A stretch of 64,000 nucleotides of DNA from Antedon mediterranea (GCF_964355755.1 NC_092674.1:17484001-17548000), one strand, 5' to 3'; counted from the stretch's first letter, positions 14,001 to 29,793 are shown. The notes: generated from the sequence alone by a model not told the origin. Translations and numbers: made by a program.

Positions 14001-16795
14001 CCCGTTTTTACAAACATATATCTACTCCGTTCTTACGTACAGACATCGACCTAGTTTTTACGTACCGACATCAACCTCGATTTTACGTAGAGACATTGAC
14101 CCCAATTTTACGTACATACATCGACCTCGATTTTAGGTACAGACATCGACCCCGATTTTACGTACAGACATCGACCTAGTTTTGACGTACAGACATCGAC
14201 CCCGATTTCACGAACAGACATCGATCCCGTATTTACGTACAGACATCGATCTCGTATTTACGTACAGACATCGACCCCGTTTTTACGTACAGACATCGAT
14301 CCCTATTTTACGTACAGAAATCGACTTCGTTTAACGTACCGACATACAGACATCGACCTAGTTTTTACGTACAGACATCGACCTAGTTTTTACGTACAGA
14401 TATCGGCCTAGTTTTTACTTACAGACCTCGACATAGTTTTTATGCAATGAGAGCGACCCCGACTTTACGTACAGATATGGACCCCGATTTTATGTACACA
14501 CATCGAGCCAGTTTTTACGTACAGACATCGACCACGTTTTTACGTACAGACACTGACCACGTTTTGACGTGCAGACATCGACCCCGTTTTTACGTACAGA
14601 CATCGACCTAGTTTTGAACTACAGACATCGACATCGACTCTGATTTTACGTATAGAAATGTACCCCGATTTTACGTACAGACATCGACTTAGTTTTCACG
14701 TACAGCATCGACCCTGATTTTACATACATTCATCTACCTAGTTTTGACGTACAGACATCGACCCCGTTTTTACATACAGATATCGAATCCGATTTTACGC
14801 ACAGACATTGACCCTGATTTCACGTGCAGACACCAATCCCGTTTTTACGTACAGGCATCGACCCCGATTTAATGTATAGACATCGACCCCGATTTTACGT
14901 ACAGACATCGACCCTGATTTTACATACAGACATCGACCTAGTTTTGACGTACAGACATCGACCCCGTTTTTACAAACATATATCTACTCCGTTCTTACGT
15001 ACAGACATCGACCTAGTTTTTACGTACCGACATCAACCTCGATTTTACGTAGAGACATTGACCCCAATTTTACGTACATACATCGACCTCGATTTTAGGT
15101 ACAGACATCGACCCCGATTTTACGTACAGACATCGACCTAGTTTTGACGTACAGACATCGACCCCGATTTCACGAACAGACATCGATCCCGTATTTACGT
15201 ACAGACATCGATCTCGTATTTACGTACAGACATCGACCCCGTTTTTACGTACAGACATCGATCCCTATTTTACGTACAGAAATCGACTTCGTTTAACGTA
15301 CCGACATACAGACATCGACCTAGTTTTTACGTACAGACATCGACCTAGTTTTTACGTACAGATATCGGCCTAGTTTTTACTTACAGACCTCGACATAGTT
15401 TTTATGCAATGACAGCGACCCCGACTTTACGTACAGATATGGACCCCGATTTTATGTACACACATCGAGCCAGTTTTTACGTACAGACATCGACCACGTT
15501 TTTACGTACAGACATTGACCACGTTTTGACGTGCAGACATCGACCCCGTTTTTACGTACAGACATCGACCTAGTTTTGAACTACAGACATCGACATCGAC
15601 TCTGATTTTACGTATAGAAATGTACCCCGATTTTACGTACAGACATCGACTTAGTTTTCACGTACAGCATCGACCCTGATTTTACATACATTCATCTACC
15701 TAGTTTTGACGTACAGACATCGACCCCGTTTTTACATACAGATATCGAATCCGATTTTACGCACAGACATTGACCCTGATTTCACGTGCAGACACCAATC
15801 CCGTTTTTACGTACAGGCATCGACCCCGATTTAATGTATAGACATCGACCCCGATTTTATGTACAGACATCGGCCTAGTTTTTATGTACAGACATCGACC
15901 TAGTTTTTACGTACCGACATCGACCTCAATTTTTCGTGCAGACATCGACCCCGATTTTACGTACAGACATCGACCGCCTTTTTACGTACATATATCGACC
16001 CCAATTTTACGTACAGATATCGACCCAGTTTTTTCGTACTGACATCGACGCCATTTTTACGTACAGACATCGACCTAGTTTTGAACTACAGACATCGACT
16101 CCGTTTTTACGTACAGACATCGACCCTGATTTTACATACAGAAATGTACCCCGATTTTACGTACAGACATCGAACCCGATTTTACGTATAGACATCGACC
16201 TTGATTTAACGTACAGACATCGAACCCGTTTTTATGCGCAGACATCGATCCCGTTTTTACGTACATAAATCGACCACGATTTAACGTAGAGACATCGACC
16301 CCGATTTTACGTACAGACATCGACAATGATTTTACGTACAGACATCGACCTAGTTTTCGACCTACAGACATCGACTTAGTTTTGACCTACAGACATCGAG
16401 ACCGGTTTTACGTACAGACATCGACCCTGATTTTACATACAGACATCGACCTAGTTTTGACGTACAGACATCGACCACATCTTTACATACAGACATCGAT
16501 CTTGTTTTTTAAGTACAGAGATCGATCTAGTTTTTACGTACCGACTCGACCCCGATTTCACGTACAGACATCGACCCCCTATTTACATCGACCTAGTTTT
16601 TACGTACATACATCGACTCCGTTTAACGTACCGACATCGACCCCGTTTTTACTTACAGACATCGACTCCGTTCTTACGTAAAGACATTGACCTCAATTTT
16701 ACGTACAGACAGCGACTCCGATTTTACGTACAGACATCGAGCCCGTGACCTACAGACATCGACACCGATTTTACGCAAAGACAACGACCCCAATT
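8076..16795 (+). repeat. Satellite B: 25-bp tandem array (TTTTACGTACAGACATCGACCCCGA)n, ~8.7 kb
   Basis: Directly visible 25-bp periodicity; all ORFs here are repeat translations (TYRHRPRF / ILRTDIDP / FYVQTST). Confidence 0.97.
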
Positions 16796-18927
16796 TCTCA
16801 CACAAAACATCAAAGTGTACAGAATAGCTTTAAATCGGATTTGGAGACGTTTTAGACCATTTTGTGATTTTCGAAAAAACATGTTAACATAAAAACATCA
16901 AAGTGTACAGAATAGCTTCAAATCGCATTTGGAGACGTTTTAGAACATTTTGTGCATTTCGATGAAACTTGATTACAAAAAAACATAAAAGTGCTTAAAA
17001 TCACATTAGAAACCGTATTAGACCATTTTGAGCATTTCGATGTAATTTTTCACACAAAAACATCAAAGTGCACAAAATAGCTTAATATCATATTTAAAAA
17101 CGTTTTAGACCATTTTGAGCATTTCGACAAAACTTTTTCACACAAAACATCAAAGTGTACAGATTAGCTCCAAATCGAATTTGGAGAGGTTTTAGACCAA
17201 TTTGTGATTGTCGAAAAAAAACTTCTTAACATAAAAACACCAAAGTGCTTAGAATAGCTTCAAATCGCATTTGGAGACGTTTTAGACCATTTTGTGCATT
17301 TCAATGAAACTTGGTTACACAAAAACATCAAAGTGCTTAAAATCACATTTGAAACCGTTTTAGACCATTTTAAGAATTTCGACAAAACTTTTTCACACAA
17401 AACATCAAAGTGTACAGAATAGCTTCAAATCGCAATTGGAGACGTTTTAGGCCATTGTGTGCATTTCGATGAAACTTGGTTACACATAAACATCAAAGTG
17501 CTTAAAATCACATTAGAAACCGTTTTAGACCATTTTGAGCATTTCGATAAAGCTTTTTACACAAAAACATAAAAGAGCACAAAATAGCTTAGTATCGTAT
17601 TTAAAAACGTTTTAGACCATTTTGAGCATTTCGACAAAACTTTTTCACACAAAACATCAAAGTGTACAGAATAGCTTCAAATCGCATTTGGAGGGGTTTT
17701 AGACCATTTTGTGCATTTCGAAAAAACTTGGTTACACAAAAACATCAAAGTGCTTAAAATCACATTAGAAACCGTTAAAGACCATTTTGAGCATTTCGAT
17801 AAAACTTTTCACACAAAAACATCAAAAGTACACAAAATAGCTTAATATGGTATTTAAAAACGTTTTAGATCATTTTAAGCATTTCGACAAAACTTTTTCA
17901 CACAAAACATCAAAGTGTACAGAAAAGCTTCAAATCGCAATTGGAGACGTTTTAGACCATTTTGTGCATTTCGATGAAACTTGGTTACACAAAAATATCA
18001 AAGTGCTTAAAATCACATTATAAACCGTTTTAGACCATTTTGAGCATATCGATAAAACTTTTTACATAAAAACATCAAAGAGCACAAAATAGCTTAATAT
18101 CGTATTTAAAAACGTTTCAGACCATTTTAAGAATTTCGACAAAACTTTTTCACACAAAACATCAAAGTATACAGAATAGCTTCAAATCGCATTTGGAGAC
18201 GTTTTAGACTATTTTGTAATTTTCGAAAAAAGATGTTAACATAAAAACACCAAAGTGCTAAGAATAGCTTCAAATTGCATTTGGAGACGTTTTAAACCAA
18301 TTTGTGCATTTCGATGAAACTTGGTTACACAAAAACATTAAAGTTTTTAAAATCACCTTAGAAACCATTTTAGACCATTTTGAGCATTTCTATAAAACTT
18401 TTCACACAAAAACATCAAAGTGCACAAAATAGCTTAATATAGTATTTAAAAAGGTTTTAGACCATTTTGAGCATTTCGACAAAACTTTTTCACACAAAAC
18501 ATCAAAGTGTACAGAATAGCTTCAATTCGCATTTGGAAACTTTTTAGACCATTTAGTGCATTTCGATGAAACTTGGTTATACATAAAAACACCAAAGTGC
18601 TTAGAATAGCCTCAAATCGCATTTGGAGACGTTTTAGACCATTTTGTGCATTTCAATGAAACTTGGTTAAACAAAAACGTCAAAGTGCTTAAAATCACAT
18701 TAGAAACCGTTTTAGACCATTTTGAGCATTTCGATAAAACTTTTTACACAAAAACATAAAAGAGCACAAAATAGCTTAATATCGTATTTAAAAACGTTTT
18801 AGACCATTTTGAGCATTTCGACAAAACTTTTTCACACAAAACATCAAAGTGTACAGAATAGCTTCAAATCGCATTTGGAGAGGTTTTAGACCATTTTGTG
18901 CATTTCGATGAAACTTGGTTACACAAA
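16796..18927 (+). repeat. Satellite C array (~88-bp subunits in 3-4 recurring variants)
   Basis: ACATCAAAGTG-type motif recurs at 16807, 16895, 16983...; unit includes GCATTTGGAGACGTTTTAGACCATTTT. Confidence 0.95.
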
Positions 18928-21900
18928 TTTTTCGAAAAAAAATTCCTATGGACCCTCGCAGAGAAATTTTAGAAAAATGGCCAAATTTCGACCCTTTTAT
19001 TTTTTGACATAACTTGTTACTATGGCTCTATAAGATGATGTTAGCACAATATATTTGCATAAATGGCAATATTATAGCATAATTTTGCGAATTTTTTGAA
19101 AAGTGGACATTTTTGCCATTTTTCGAAAAATTCCTGTGGTCCCCCACAAAAAAATTTTCGAAAAATGGGCAAATTTCGACCCTTTTATTTTTTGACATAA
19201 CTAGTTACTATGGCCCTATAAGATCATGTTAGCACAATATATTTGTATAAATGTTAATATTATAGCATAATTTTCGAATATTAAAAAGTGGAAATTTTGG
19301 TTATTTTCCAAAAAATTCCTATGGTCCCCGCAGGGAAATTTTCGGAAAAATGGCGAAATTCGACACTTTGATTTTTTGACATAACTAGTTACTATGGCTC
19401 TATAAGATGATTTTAGCACAATATATTTGCATAAATGGCAATATTATAGCATAATTATTTAATTTTAAAAAGTGGGAAATTTTGGCATTTTTCGACCCTT
19501 TTATTTTTTTACATAACTAGTTACTATGTCTCTATAAGATGATGTTAGCACAATATATGTGCATAAATGGCAATATTATAGCATAATTTTGGAATTTTAG
19601 AAAGTGGAAATTTTGGCAATTTTTGGAAAAAAAATTCCTATGGTCCCCCGCAGGGAAATTTTCGGGAAAATGGCGAAATTCAACCCTTTTATTTTTTGAC
19701 ATAACTAGTCTCTATAAGATGATTTTAGCACAATATATTTGCATAAATGGCAATATTATAGCATAATTATTTAATTTTAAAAAGTGGAAAATGTTTGCAT
19801 TTTTCGACCCTTTCATTTTTTTTACATTAGTTACTATATCTCTATAAGAAGATGTTAGCACAATATATGTGCATAAATGGAAATAATATAGCATAATTTT
19901 TGAATTTTAGAAAGTTGAAATTTTGGCCATTTTTCAAAAAAAAATTCCTATGGTCCACAGCAGGAAAATTTTCGAAAAATTGCCAAATTTCGACCCTTTT
20001 ATTTTTTGACATAACTAGTAACTATGGCTCTATCAGATGATGTTAGCACAATATATGTGCATAAATGGCAATCTTATAGCATAATTTTCGAATTTTTGAA
20101 ATTTTCGAAAAATTGCCAAATTTCGACCCTTTTATTTTTTGAAATAACTCGTTACTTTGGCTTTATAAGATGATGTTAACACAATATATGTGCATAAATG
20201 GCAATATTATAGCCTAATTATTGAATTTTAAACGGTGGACATTTTGGGTAATGTTAGCAAAATATATCTTTATAAATGGCAACATTATAGCATAATTTTC
20301 GAATTTTGAAAAGTGGAAATTTTTGCCATTTTTCGAAAAAATTCCTATGGTGTCCCGCAGGAAAATTTTGACCATTTTATTTTTTGACATAACTAGTTAC
20401 TCTGGCTCTATAAGATGATGTTAGCACAATATATATGCAAAAATGGCAATATTATAGCATAATTATTGAATTTTAAAAAGTGGAAAATTTTTCGACCCTT
20501 TTGTTTGTTGACATAACTAGTTGCTATGGCTCTATAAGATGATGTTAGCACAATATTATGTGCATAAATGGCAATATTATAACATAATTTTGGAATTTTA
20601 GAAAGTGGAAATTTTGGAAATTTGTCGAAAAAATTCCTATGGTGTCCCGCAGGAAAATTTTCGAAAAATGGCCAAATTTTGACCCTTTTATTTTTTGACA
20701 TAACTAGTTACTAAGGCTCTATAAGATGATTTTAGCACAATATATTTGCATAAATGGCAATATTATAGCATGATTATTTAATTTTAAAAAGTGGAATATT
20801 TTTGCATTTTTCGACCCTTTTTATTTTTTGACATAACTAGTTACTATGGCTCTATAAGATGATGTTAGCACAATATATGTGAATAAATGGCAATATTATA
20901 GCATAATTTTTGAATTTTAGAAAGTTTAAATTTTTGCAATTTTTCGAAAAAAAATTCCTATGGTTCCCCGCATGGGAAATTTTCGAAAAATGGCCAAATT
21001 TCGACCCTTTTATTTTTTGGACATAACTAGTTACTATGTCTCTATAAGATGATGTTAGCACAATATATTTGCAAAAATGGCAATATTATAGCATAATTTT
21101 TGAATTTTAAAAAGTGGAAATTGTTTCCATTTTTCAATAAAATTCCGATGGTCCCCCGCAGGAAAATTTTCTAAAATGGCCAAATTTCGACACTTTTGTT
21201 TTTTGACATAACTAGTTGCTATGGCTCTATAAGATGATGTTACCAAAATATATCTGTATAAATGGCAATATTATAGAATAATTATTTAATTTTAAAAAAT
21301 GGAAAATGTTGCCATTTTTCGACCCTTTTATTTTTTTACATAACTAGCTGCTATGTCTCTATAAGATGATGTTAGCACAATATATTTGCATAAATGGCAA
21401 TATTATAGCATAATTTTAGAATTTTAGAAGTTGGAAAATTTGTCCATTTTTCGAAAAAAAATTCCAGTTTTCCCCAGCAGGAAAATTTTCGAAAAATGGC
21501 CAAATTTCGACACTTTTATTTTTTGACATAACTAGTAACTATGGCTCTATCAGATGATGTTAGCACAATATATGTGCATAAATGGCAATATTATAGCATA
21601 TTTTTCGAATTTTAGAAGTTGGAAAATTTGTCCATTTTTCGAAAAAAATTCCTATGGTCCCTGCAGGAAAATTTTCGAAAAATTGCCAACTTTCAAGCCT
21701 TTTATTTTTTGATGTAACTAGTTACTATGGCTCTATAAGATGATGTTAACACAATATATGTGCATAAATGGCAATATTATAGCATAATTATTGAATTTTA
21801 AAAAGTGGAAAATTTTCCCATTTTTCGACCCTTTTGTTTTTTGACATAACTAGTTGCTATGGCTCTATAAGATGATGTTAGCACAATATATGTGCATAAA

Positions 21901-24900
21901 TGGCAATATTATAACATAATTTTGGAATTTTAGAAAGTGGAAATTTTGGCAATTTTTCGACAAAATTCCTATGGTGTCCCGCAGGAAAATTGTCGAAAAA
22001 TTGCCAAATTTTAACCCTTTTATTTTTTGACATAACTAGTTACTATAGCTCTATAAGGTGATGTTAGCACAATATATTGGCAAAAATGGCAATATTATAG
22101 CATAATTTTGAATTTTAAAAAGTGGAAATTGTTTCCATTTTTTAATAAAATTCCGATGGTCCCCCGCAGGAAAATTTTCTAAAATGGCCAAATTTCGACA
22201 CTTTTGTTTTTTGACATAACTAGTTGCTATGGCTCTATAAGATGATGTTAGCACAATATATGTGAATAAATGGCAATATTATAGCATAATTATTGAATTT
22301 TAAAAAGTGGAAATTTTGGTCATTTTTGAAAAAAAATTCCTATGGTCCCCTGCAGGAAAATTGTCGAAAAATTGCCAAATTTCGACCCTTTTATTTTTTG
22401 ATATAACTAGTAACTATGGCTCTATAAGATGATGTTAGCACAATATATTTGCATAAATGACAATATTATAGCATAATTTTCGAATTTTAGAAATTGGAAA
22501 TTTTGTCCATTTTTCGAAAAAATTCCTATGGTCCCCTGCAGGAAAATTTTCGAAAAATGGCAAAATTTCAACCCTTTTATTTTTTGACATAACTAGTAAC
22601 TATGGCTATATAAGATTATGTTAGCACAATATATTTGGATAAATGGCAATATTATAGCATAATTATTGAATTTGAAAAAGTGGAAAATTTTGCCTTTTTT
22701 CGAAAAAATTCATATAGTCCCCCGCAGGAAAATTTTCGAAAAATGGCCAAATTTTGACCATTTTATTTTTTGACATAACTCGTTACTATGGCTTTATAAG
22801 ATGATGTTAACACAATATATGTGCATAAATGGCAATATTATAGCCTAATTATTGAAGTTTAAAGGTGGAAATTTTGGTTATTTTTCGAAAAAAATTCCTG
22901 TGGTCCCCGCAGGAAAATATTCCAAAAAAATGTCAAAATTGCGACGCTTTTATTTTTTGACATAACTAGTTACTATGGCTCTACAAGATGATGTTAACAC
23001 AATATATGTGCATAAATGGCAATATTATAGCCTAATTATTGAATTTTAAACGGTGGAAATTTTGGTTATTTTCGAAAAAATTCCTTTGGTCCCCCGGAGG
23101 AAAATTTTTGGAAAATGGCCATATTTCGACCCTTTTATTTTTCGACATAACTAGTAACTATGGCTCTATAAGATGATGTTAGCACAATATATTTGCATAA
23201 ATGGCAATATTATAGCATAATTTTGCGAATTTAAAAAAAATGGAAATTTTGTCTATCTTTTGAAAAAAAAATTCCTATGGACCCCCGCAGGGAAATTTTC
23301 GTAAATTGCAGAATTTCGACACTTTTATTTTTTGATGTAACTAGTTAGTATGGCTCTATAAGATGATGTTAACACAATATATGTGTATAAATGGCAATAT
23401 TATAGCATAATTATTGAATTTTAAAAAGTGGAAATTGTTTCCATTTTTCAATAAAATTCCTATGGTGCCCCGCAGGAAAATTTTCGAAAAATGGCCAAAT
23501 TTCAACCCTTTTATTTTTTGATGTAACTAGTTACTATGGCTCTATAAGATGATGTTAACACAATATATGTGCATAAATGGCAATATTATAGCATAATTGT
23601 TGAATTTTAAAAAGTTGAAAATTTTGCAATTTTTCGACCCTTTTATTTCTTGACATAACTAGTTGCTATGGCTCTATAAGATGATGTTAACACAATATAT
23701 GTGCTTAAATGGCAATATTATAACATAATTATTGAATTTGAAAAAGTGGAAAATTTTGCCATTTTTCGAAAAAATTCATATAGTCCCCCGCAGGAAAATT
23801 TTCGAAATATGGCCAAATATCGACCCTTTTATTTTTTGACATAACTCGTTACTATGGCTTTATAAGATGATGTTAACACAATATATGTGCATAAATGGCA
23901 ATATTATAGCCTAATTATTGAAGTTTAAAGGTGGAAATTTTGGTTATTTTTCGAAAAAAATTCCTGTGGTCCCCGCAGGAAAATATTCCAAAAAAATGTC
24001 AAAATTGCGACGCTTTTATTTTTTGACATAACTAGTTACTATGGCTCTACAAGATTATGTTAACACAATATATGTGCTTAAATGGCAATATTATAGCCTA
24101 ATTATTGAATTTTAAACGGTGGAAATTTTGGTTATTTTTCGAAAAAATTCCTTTGGTCCCCCGGAGGAAAATTTTCGGAAAATGGCCATATTTTGACCAT
24201 TTTATTTTTCGACATAACTAGTAACTATGGCTCTATAAGATGATGTTAGCACAATATATTTGCATAAATGGCAATATTATAGCATAATTTTCGAATTTAA
24301 AAAAAATGGAAATTTTGTCTATTTTTCGAAAAAAAATTCCTATGGACCCCCGCAGGGAAATTTTCGGAAAAAGTCCAAATTTCGACCCTTTTAATTGTTG
24401 ACATACCTGGTTACTATGGCTCTATAAGATGATGTTAGCACAATATATTTGCATAAATGGCAATATTATAGCATAATTATTGAATTTTTAAAAGTGGGAA
24501 TTTTTGCCATTTTTAGAAAAAATTCCTATCGTCCCCACGCAGGAAAATTTTCGAAAAATGGCCAAATTTCGACCCTTTTATTTTTTGACATAACTATTTA
24601 CTATGGCTCTATAAGATGATGTTAGCAAAATACATGCGTATCAATGGCAATATTATAGCATAATTTTTGAATTTTAAAAAGAGGAAATTGTTTCTATTTT
24701 ACAATAAAATTCCTATGGTCCCCCGCTGGAAAATTTTCGAAAATGGCCAAATTTCGACACTTTTATTTTTTGATGTAACTAGTTAGTATGGCTCTATAAG
24801 ATGATGTTAACACAATTATATGTGCATAAATGGCAATATTATAGCATAATTATTGAATTTTAAAAAGTGGAAAAATTTGCCCTTTTTCGAACCTTTTATT

Positions 24901-25510
24901 TTTTGACATAACTAGTTACTATGGCTCTACAAGATGATGTTAACACAATATATGTGCTTAAATGGCAATATTATAGCCTAATTATTGAATTTTAAACGGT
25001 GGAAATTTTGGTTATTTTTCGAAAAAATTCCTTTGGTCCCCCGGAGGAAAATTTTCGGAAAATGGCCATATTTTGACCCTTTTATTTTTCGACATAACTA
25101 GTAACTATGGCTCTATAAGATGATGTTAGCACAATATATGTGCATAAATGGCAATATTATAGCCTAATTATTGAATTTTAAAAGGTGGAAATTTTAGTTA
25201 TTTTTTGAAAAAATTTTCGAAAAATGTCCAGATTTCGACCCTTTTATTTTTTGACATAACTAGTTACTTATGGCTCTATAAGATGATGTTAGCACAATAT
25301 ATTTGAATAAATGGCAATATTATGGCATAATTTTTTAATGTTAGAAAGCGGAAATTTTGGCCATTTTCCGAAAAAATTCCTATGGTCCCCCGCAGGGAAA
25401 TTTTCGAAAAATGGCCAATTTCGCCCCTTTTATTTTTCAACATAACTAGTAACTATGGCTTTATAAGATGATGTTAGCACAATATATTTGCATAAATGGC
25501 AATATTATAG
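18928..25510 (+). repeat. Satellite A array
   Basis: Uninterrupted mix of long and short units. Confidence 0.95.
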
Positions 25511-26613
25511 GAAATTTAAAGTATTAAATTATAGTTTATACGCAGCACAAGTACTTTCTTTTAACTAAGGATGTGGTATATAAATGTGGGTAGATTTCAG
25601 AGTAACAGAAGTGTTAGGATGAATGGTATATTGTTTCTACAGGTAATTAAAAAGTGAATGTTAGTCAAGGGAGACACTTTATCAAAGTTCCAACCACAGT
25701 AATTGACAATGTAGTTCTATAGACCAACGGGTATATCTAATAGTGGAACCACAAAAATGTAGGATAGGGTAATTTCTAATTGGCAACCAATGGGAATTCA
25801 GAGTGTTTAGTTGATTACTAAGAGGCATACTAGCACACCTCATTGTTAAATTAGCCGTTCAATAGTTGTACAAACTTTTCAATCGTTGTGGATATATTAC
25901 TGTGGATATATACTTTGTGGATATATATTACTTTGAATCTCAGTACGATCAATTTTCCATATCATAGCCTTTGTTCTATAGTAGGAATCGTTCAACCTTC
26001 ATCAAAACGTTCATCTTACTTGGATTTATACAACTGTTTATTGTATCATTTTTGTTTATTGTGCGTATTTAGTACATTTCAAGCGAATCTGTTATCAATT
26101 TATTTGAGACACAATTTCATTTATTATTCTTCAACGGCAGTTTTCATTAATTTTACTGATATTATTAAAATGGCTATAACAAGAAGCAAACGCTCAACGC
26201 CGTATGATAAGGGAGTTTCTAATTGGTCTGTAGCGAAACTAAAAGGAGAACTAAAAAAACTTGGAATTGTACACCCATCTCAAGCCAAAAAGGCACAGTT
26301 GGTGCGCTTATTCAATGAATCTGCTATTTTTCGGCCAGCAATCGAACCTCAAGTTGCCTAGATTAGAAATCCTACAAACAGGGTACTGATCGACTTAGTT
26401 TCTAAGTTGTCTACAACAGTACAAAATCTGCAACAAAATGTGGCATCATTGACATAAACAGTGAGTTCGTTGAGCTCTCAACAACAGCCTGCAGTTGGTA
26501 GTCCTTCACCAATCAATAGTAATGCCACTAGCTCTAGGGCAACGACAAGTGAGGACATCACACTGGAGCCATTCTCCATTCGTTCAGCATTTCGTAGCGA
26601 AAATAAATAACTA

Positions 26614-27787
26614 TGCTATGTTTGGTGTTTTAACTGTTTTAATATGGAGTATTAAGGAGAGCGTAGGTGCTAGCACGGTAACAAATAGCGGGGAGGTGTG
26701 GCCATTGTTAACGTACAGCAGAGAATTTCTCTTAAGTAGACGTGACTTAAATACTACACATTCCTTTGCAACAGGTGCGTACTCAAACATTAACAAAACA
26801 AAGAAAAGAAAAGGAAACCAAAGAGGAGGCGTTAGAGTTCGATTAAAGAAATTAAAGCATAAAACCCCACTGCCAACAGTTGTTTTTGGTAATGTACAGA
26901 GTATAAGAAACAAAATAGATGAACTAAGAGCGAACGTAAAGTTCTTAACGGTTTTTCGCGAGTCGAGCATGATTTGTTTGTCAGAAACATGGCTGACGGA
27001 TAATGATCCAGATTCCTCAGTTGATCTTGACGATTACACATTGATTAGAATGGATAGAAATGAAAATTCAGGTAAAAACAAAGGAGGTGGCGTGTGTGCT
27101 TATGTAAGTGAAAAATACTGCAAGCCATCGCATATCACTGTAAGGAGTGAAGTATGTAATAAGGACATTGAATTGCTTGCGATTGATATGCGCCCGTATT
27201 ACCTCCCAAGGGAGATACATCAAGTGAAGGTATTTGTGGTCTATATCCCACCATCAGCAGACATTAATATAGCAGCAACAACAGTATATGATCTCATTTC
27301 TGAAGCAGAAAATAATTCGCCTGAAGCAGCTAAATTCATCATGGGGGATTTCAACTCATGTTCATTAAAAGAATACCTACCTACATACCAGCAATATGTT
27401 GATTGTCCAACTCGCAACAATACGTGTATCGACCTTTGCTATGGAAATATTGATGGTGCATACAAGTGTAAAGCTATGGCGGGTCTTGGCAAATCTGACC
27501 ACAATATGATCAGCCTCATTCCAATATATAAAACCCGTCTTCGTGATAAACCCTCAAAGAAAATAAAGGTAAAACGTTGGACTGAGGAAGCCAGCGAGAC
27601 CCTTAAAGGGTGTTTTGAATGCACAAACTGGGATGCATTAAAGGAAAATGCAGAAAATTTGAGCGAAGCGACCCTCGTTGTATCCGAATACGTAAGATTC
27701 TGTGAAGAAATGATTATACCTGTATCAAAAAAAAAAAAAAATCAACAATCATGCCCATTCCCAATAAACCAAATCCCAAGGAAATGA
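26614..27787 (+). pseudogene. LINE apurinic-like endonuclease domain
   Basis: NVQSIRNKIDEL, SETWL, GGGVCAYV, VYIPP, GDFN, IDLCY and SDH motifs; frame breaks at the A-run 27726-27741. Confidence 0.88.
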
Positions 27788-28947
27788 ATGACCTTAGACC
27801 CGTGGCCCTTACATGTTTACCAATGAAGTGTTTAGAAAAAATTGTTAAAAGTAAGCTAGTTGCCTCAGTGGAGAATCTGCTAGATATAAATCAATTTGCA
27901 TATCGTCCAAACAGGTGTGTTTATGATGCAGTGCTTCTGCTCCTTAATAACGTTTCTGAGCACCTAGAGAAAAAAGGTTGCTTTGCGAGAATTCTTTTTG
28001 TTGATTTCTCTAGTGCATTCAATAATATTCAACCATATGTTCTGGCTAATAAGCTTATCGATTTAGAAGTTAACCCACTGATTATAAAATGGCTACATAA
28101 TTTTTTAAAAGATAGAGAACAGCGTGTGAAGCTTAATCACACGTTGTCCTCGTTGTTGAAAGTTAACACGGGTGTTCCACAAGGTTGTGTGTTGTCACCT
28201 TTATTGTATACAATATACACAAATGATTGTAAGTCAAATAATACAAAAACTGAGATTATTAAATATGCAGACGACACTGCTCTGATTGGTTATCTGGATT
28301 CAAAAGATGATTCAATGACAGGCTTCTTATACAGTATTAATATTTTTCACAAATGGTGTAAAGATAATTTTTTAGATCTAAATATAAATAAAACTAAAGA
28401 GATGGTTTTTGATTTTCGGAAGAAGATAAACTACCTTCCCAAGATCAAAATCAATGGTGAGACCATTTCGGAAGTTAAAACTTACAAATATTTAGAGGTT
28501 GAAATTGATAATGAACTTAAATTTGATGCAAATAGTAGGTGCATATACAATAAATTACAAAAACGTCTCTTCTTTCTACGCAAATTAAACTCTTTTAAGA
28601 TTGACCGTACTATTTTACAACTTTTTTATACTTCTATCTTAAACAGTGTACTTAGTTTTTGCCTAATATGTTATTATGGTAATTCACGTTTTAAAGATAG
28701 ACTTTTACTTAATAAAATAGTTAAACAAGGCAGTAGAATAGTAGGCTCTGAACAAATTCAACCTGAAGTTTTATATAAGGAATTAGTAATAAAAAAATTA
28801 AAGATTATTTTAAAAGACCACGCTCATCCTCTGCACTATAAATTTAAAAAAAGTCAACGTAGTGACAGACTCCTTCAAAGAAAAATTAAAACAAATAGAT
28901 ATGGCAATTCATTCGTCCCTGCTGCAATACGATTATATAATGGATGA
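27751..28947 (+). pseudogene. LINE reverse transcriptase domain
   Basis: RPVALT, QFAYR, DFSSAFN, GVPQGCVLSP, YADD and KTKEM motifs. Confidence 0.92.
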
Positions 28948-29793
28948 TATGCGCTAGTTTTATTTTTTGTAGTATTTTAATCGACTTTTTAGGATTTTAT
29001 ATGTATATTTTGTATGGCTTTTTTTATCGTATTTTATATTTTATGTACTGTATCCATTTTATATTTGTATGTACTGTATTTTTGAAAAGGCCAACAGAGT
29101 TTCCCCATGGGGATAATAAAGTTTTAATTGAATTGAATTGAATTGAATTCGAACGGCCTAGTACGTCGGCAACTGTTGTTGAAGAATCCTCACAAAGAGG
29201 AACATACATACGTACCAGGTTTGGATACGCTGCGGAATCACTGCCCATGGTGGAAACTATATCACCTGCAATCCGCCAACAAATAGTATCAGGTAGGAAC
29301 ACTAATTTTGCTTCTCTATTAATTCCTTTATTCAATGCTTCGCCCCGAGACAAAGAAGATGAAAATAATTCGTTCAAACACGATCCACGATTGGCAAAAT
29401 CCCTCAATATTGGAGAATTTATCCAAGCCTTCGGGATTTATAAAAATATCATGTGCACTGCTCATTCCCAGCGAAGAGAGGAGCTCAACAAATACGAAAG
29501 AGACATTGTAGACATGGCTTCTCGATACCTTGGAAATGGTTTATATGAATATCACAAACAATTTAGCTTAATTGCGGCATCACATTTGAGATACAACAAT
29601 GTCCTTGTCGACTGGTTCATACGAAATAACACGCTTTTCTGTAACATTTTTGCCAATAGGCGCCCTAACACATGCAACTATTGCAGCAGCACACTACACA
29701 GTACAGCCTTCTGCGATATATCCGAAAATTTACCTAAGAAAGCTACTATGAATACGGCCATCCCTAACGCAGACAACGACTGGTATGGTCGAC

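Larger units (their letters stand above)
26605..29149 (+). mobile_element. Rex1/Babar-like LINE inserted in the gag gene
   Basis: APE and RT ORFs; 3' AATAAAG followed by an (ATTGA)n tail ending ~29149. Confidence 0.85.

Noticed and set aside
8032-16681. Many ORFs with TYRHRPRF / ILRTDID repeats
   Set aside because: They are translations of the 25-bp satellite in rotating frames, not genes.
8076-16795. Possible CRISPR array
   Set aside because: Head-to-tail repeats with no unique spacers, no cas genes, and a eukaryotic context.
19216-22254. Short minus-strand ORFs in satellite A (and similar ones in satellite C)
   Set aside because: Chance open frames in tandem repeats.
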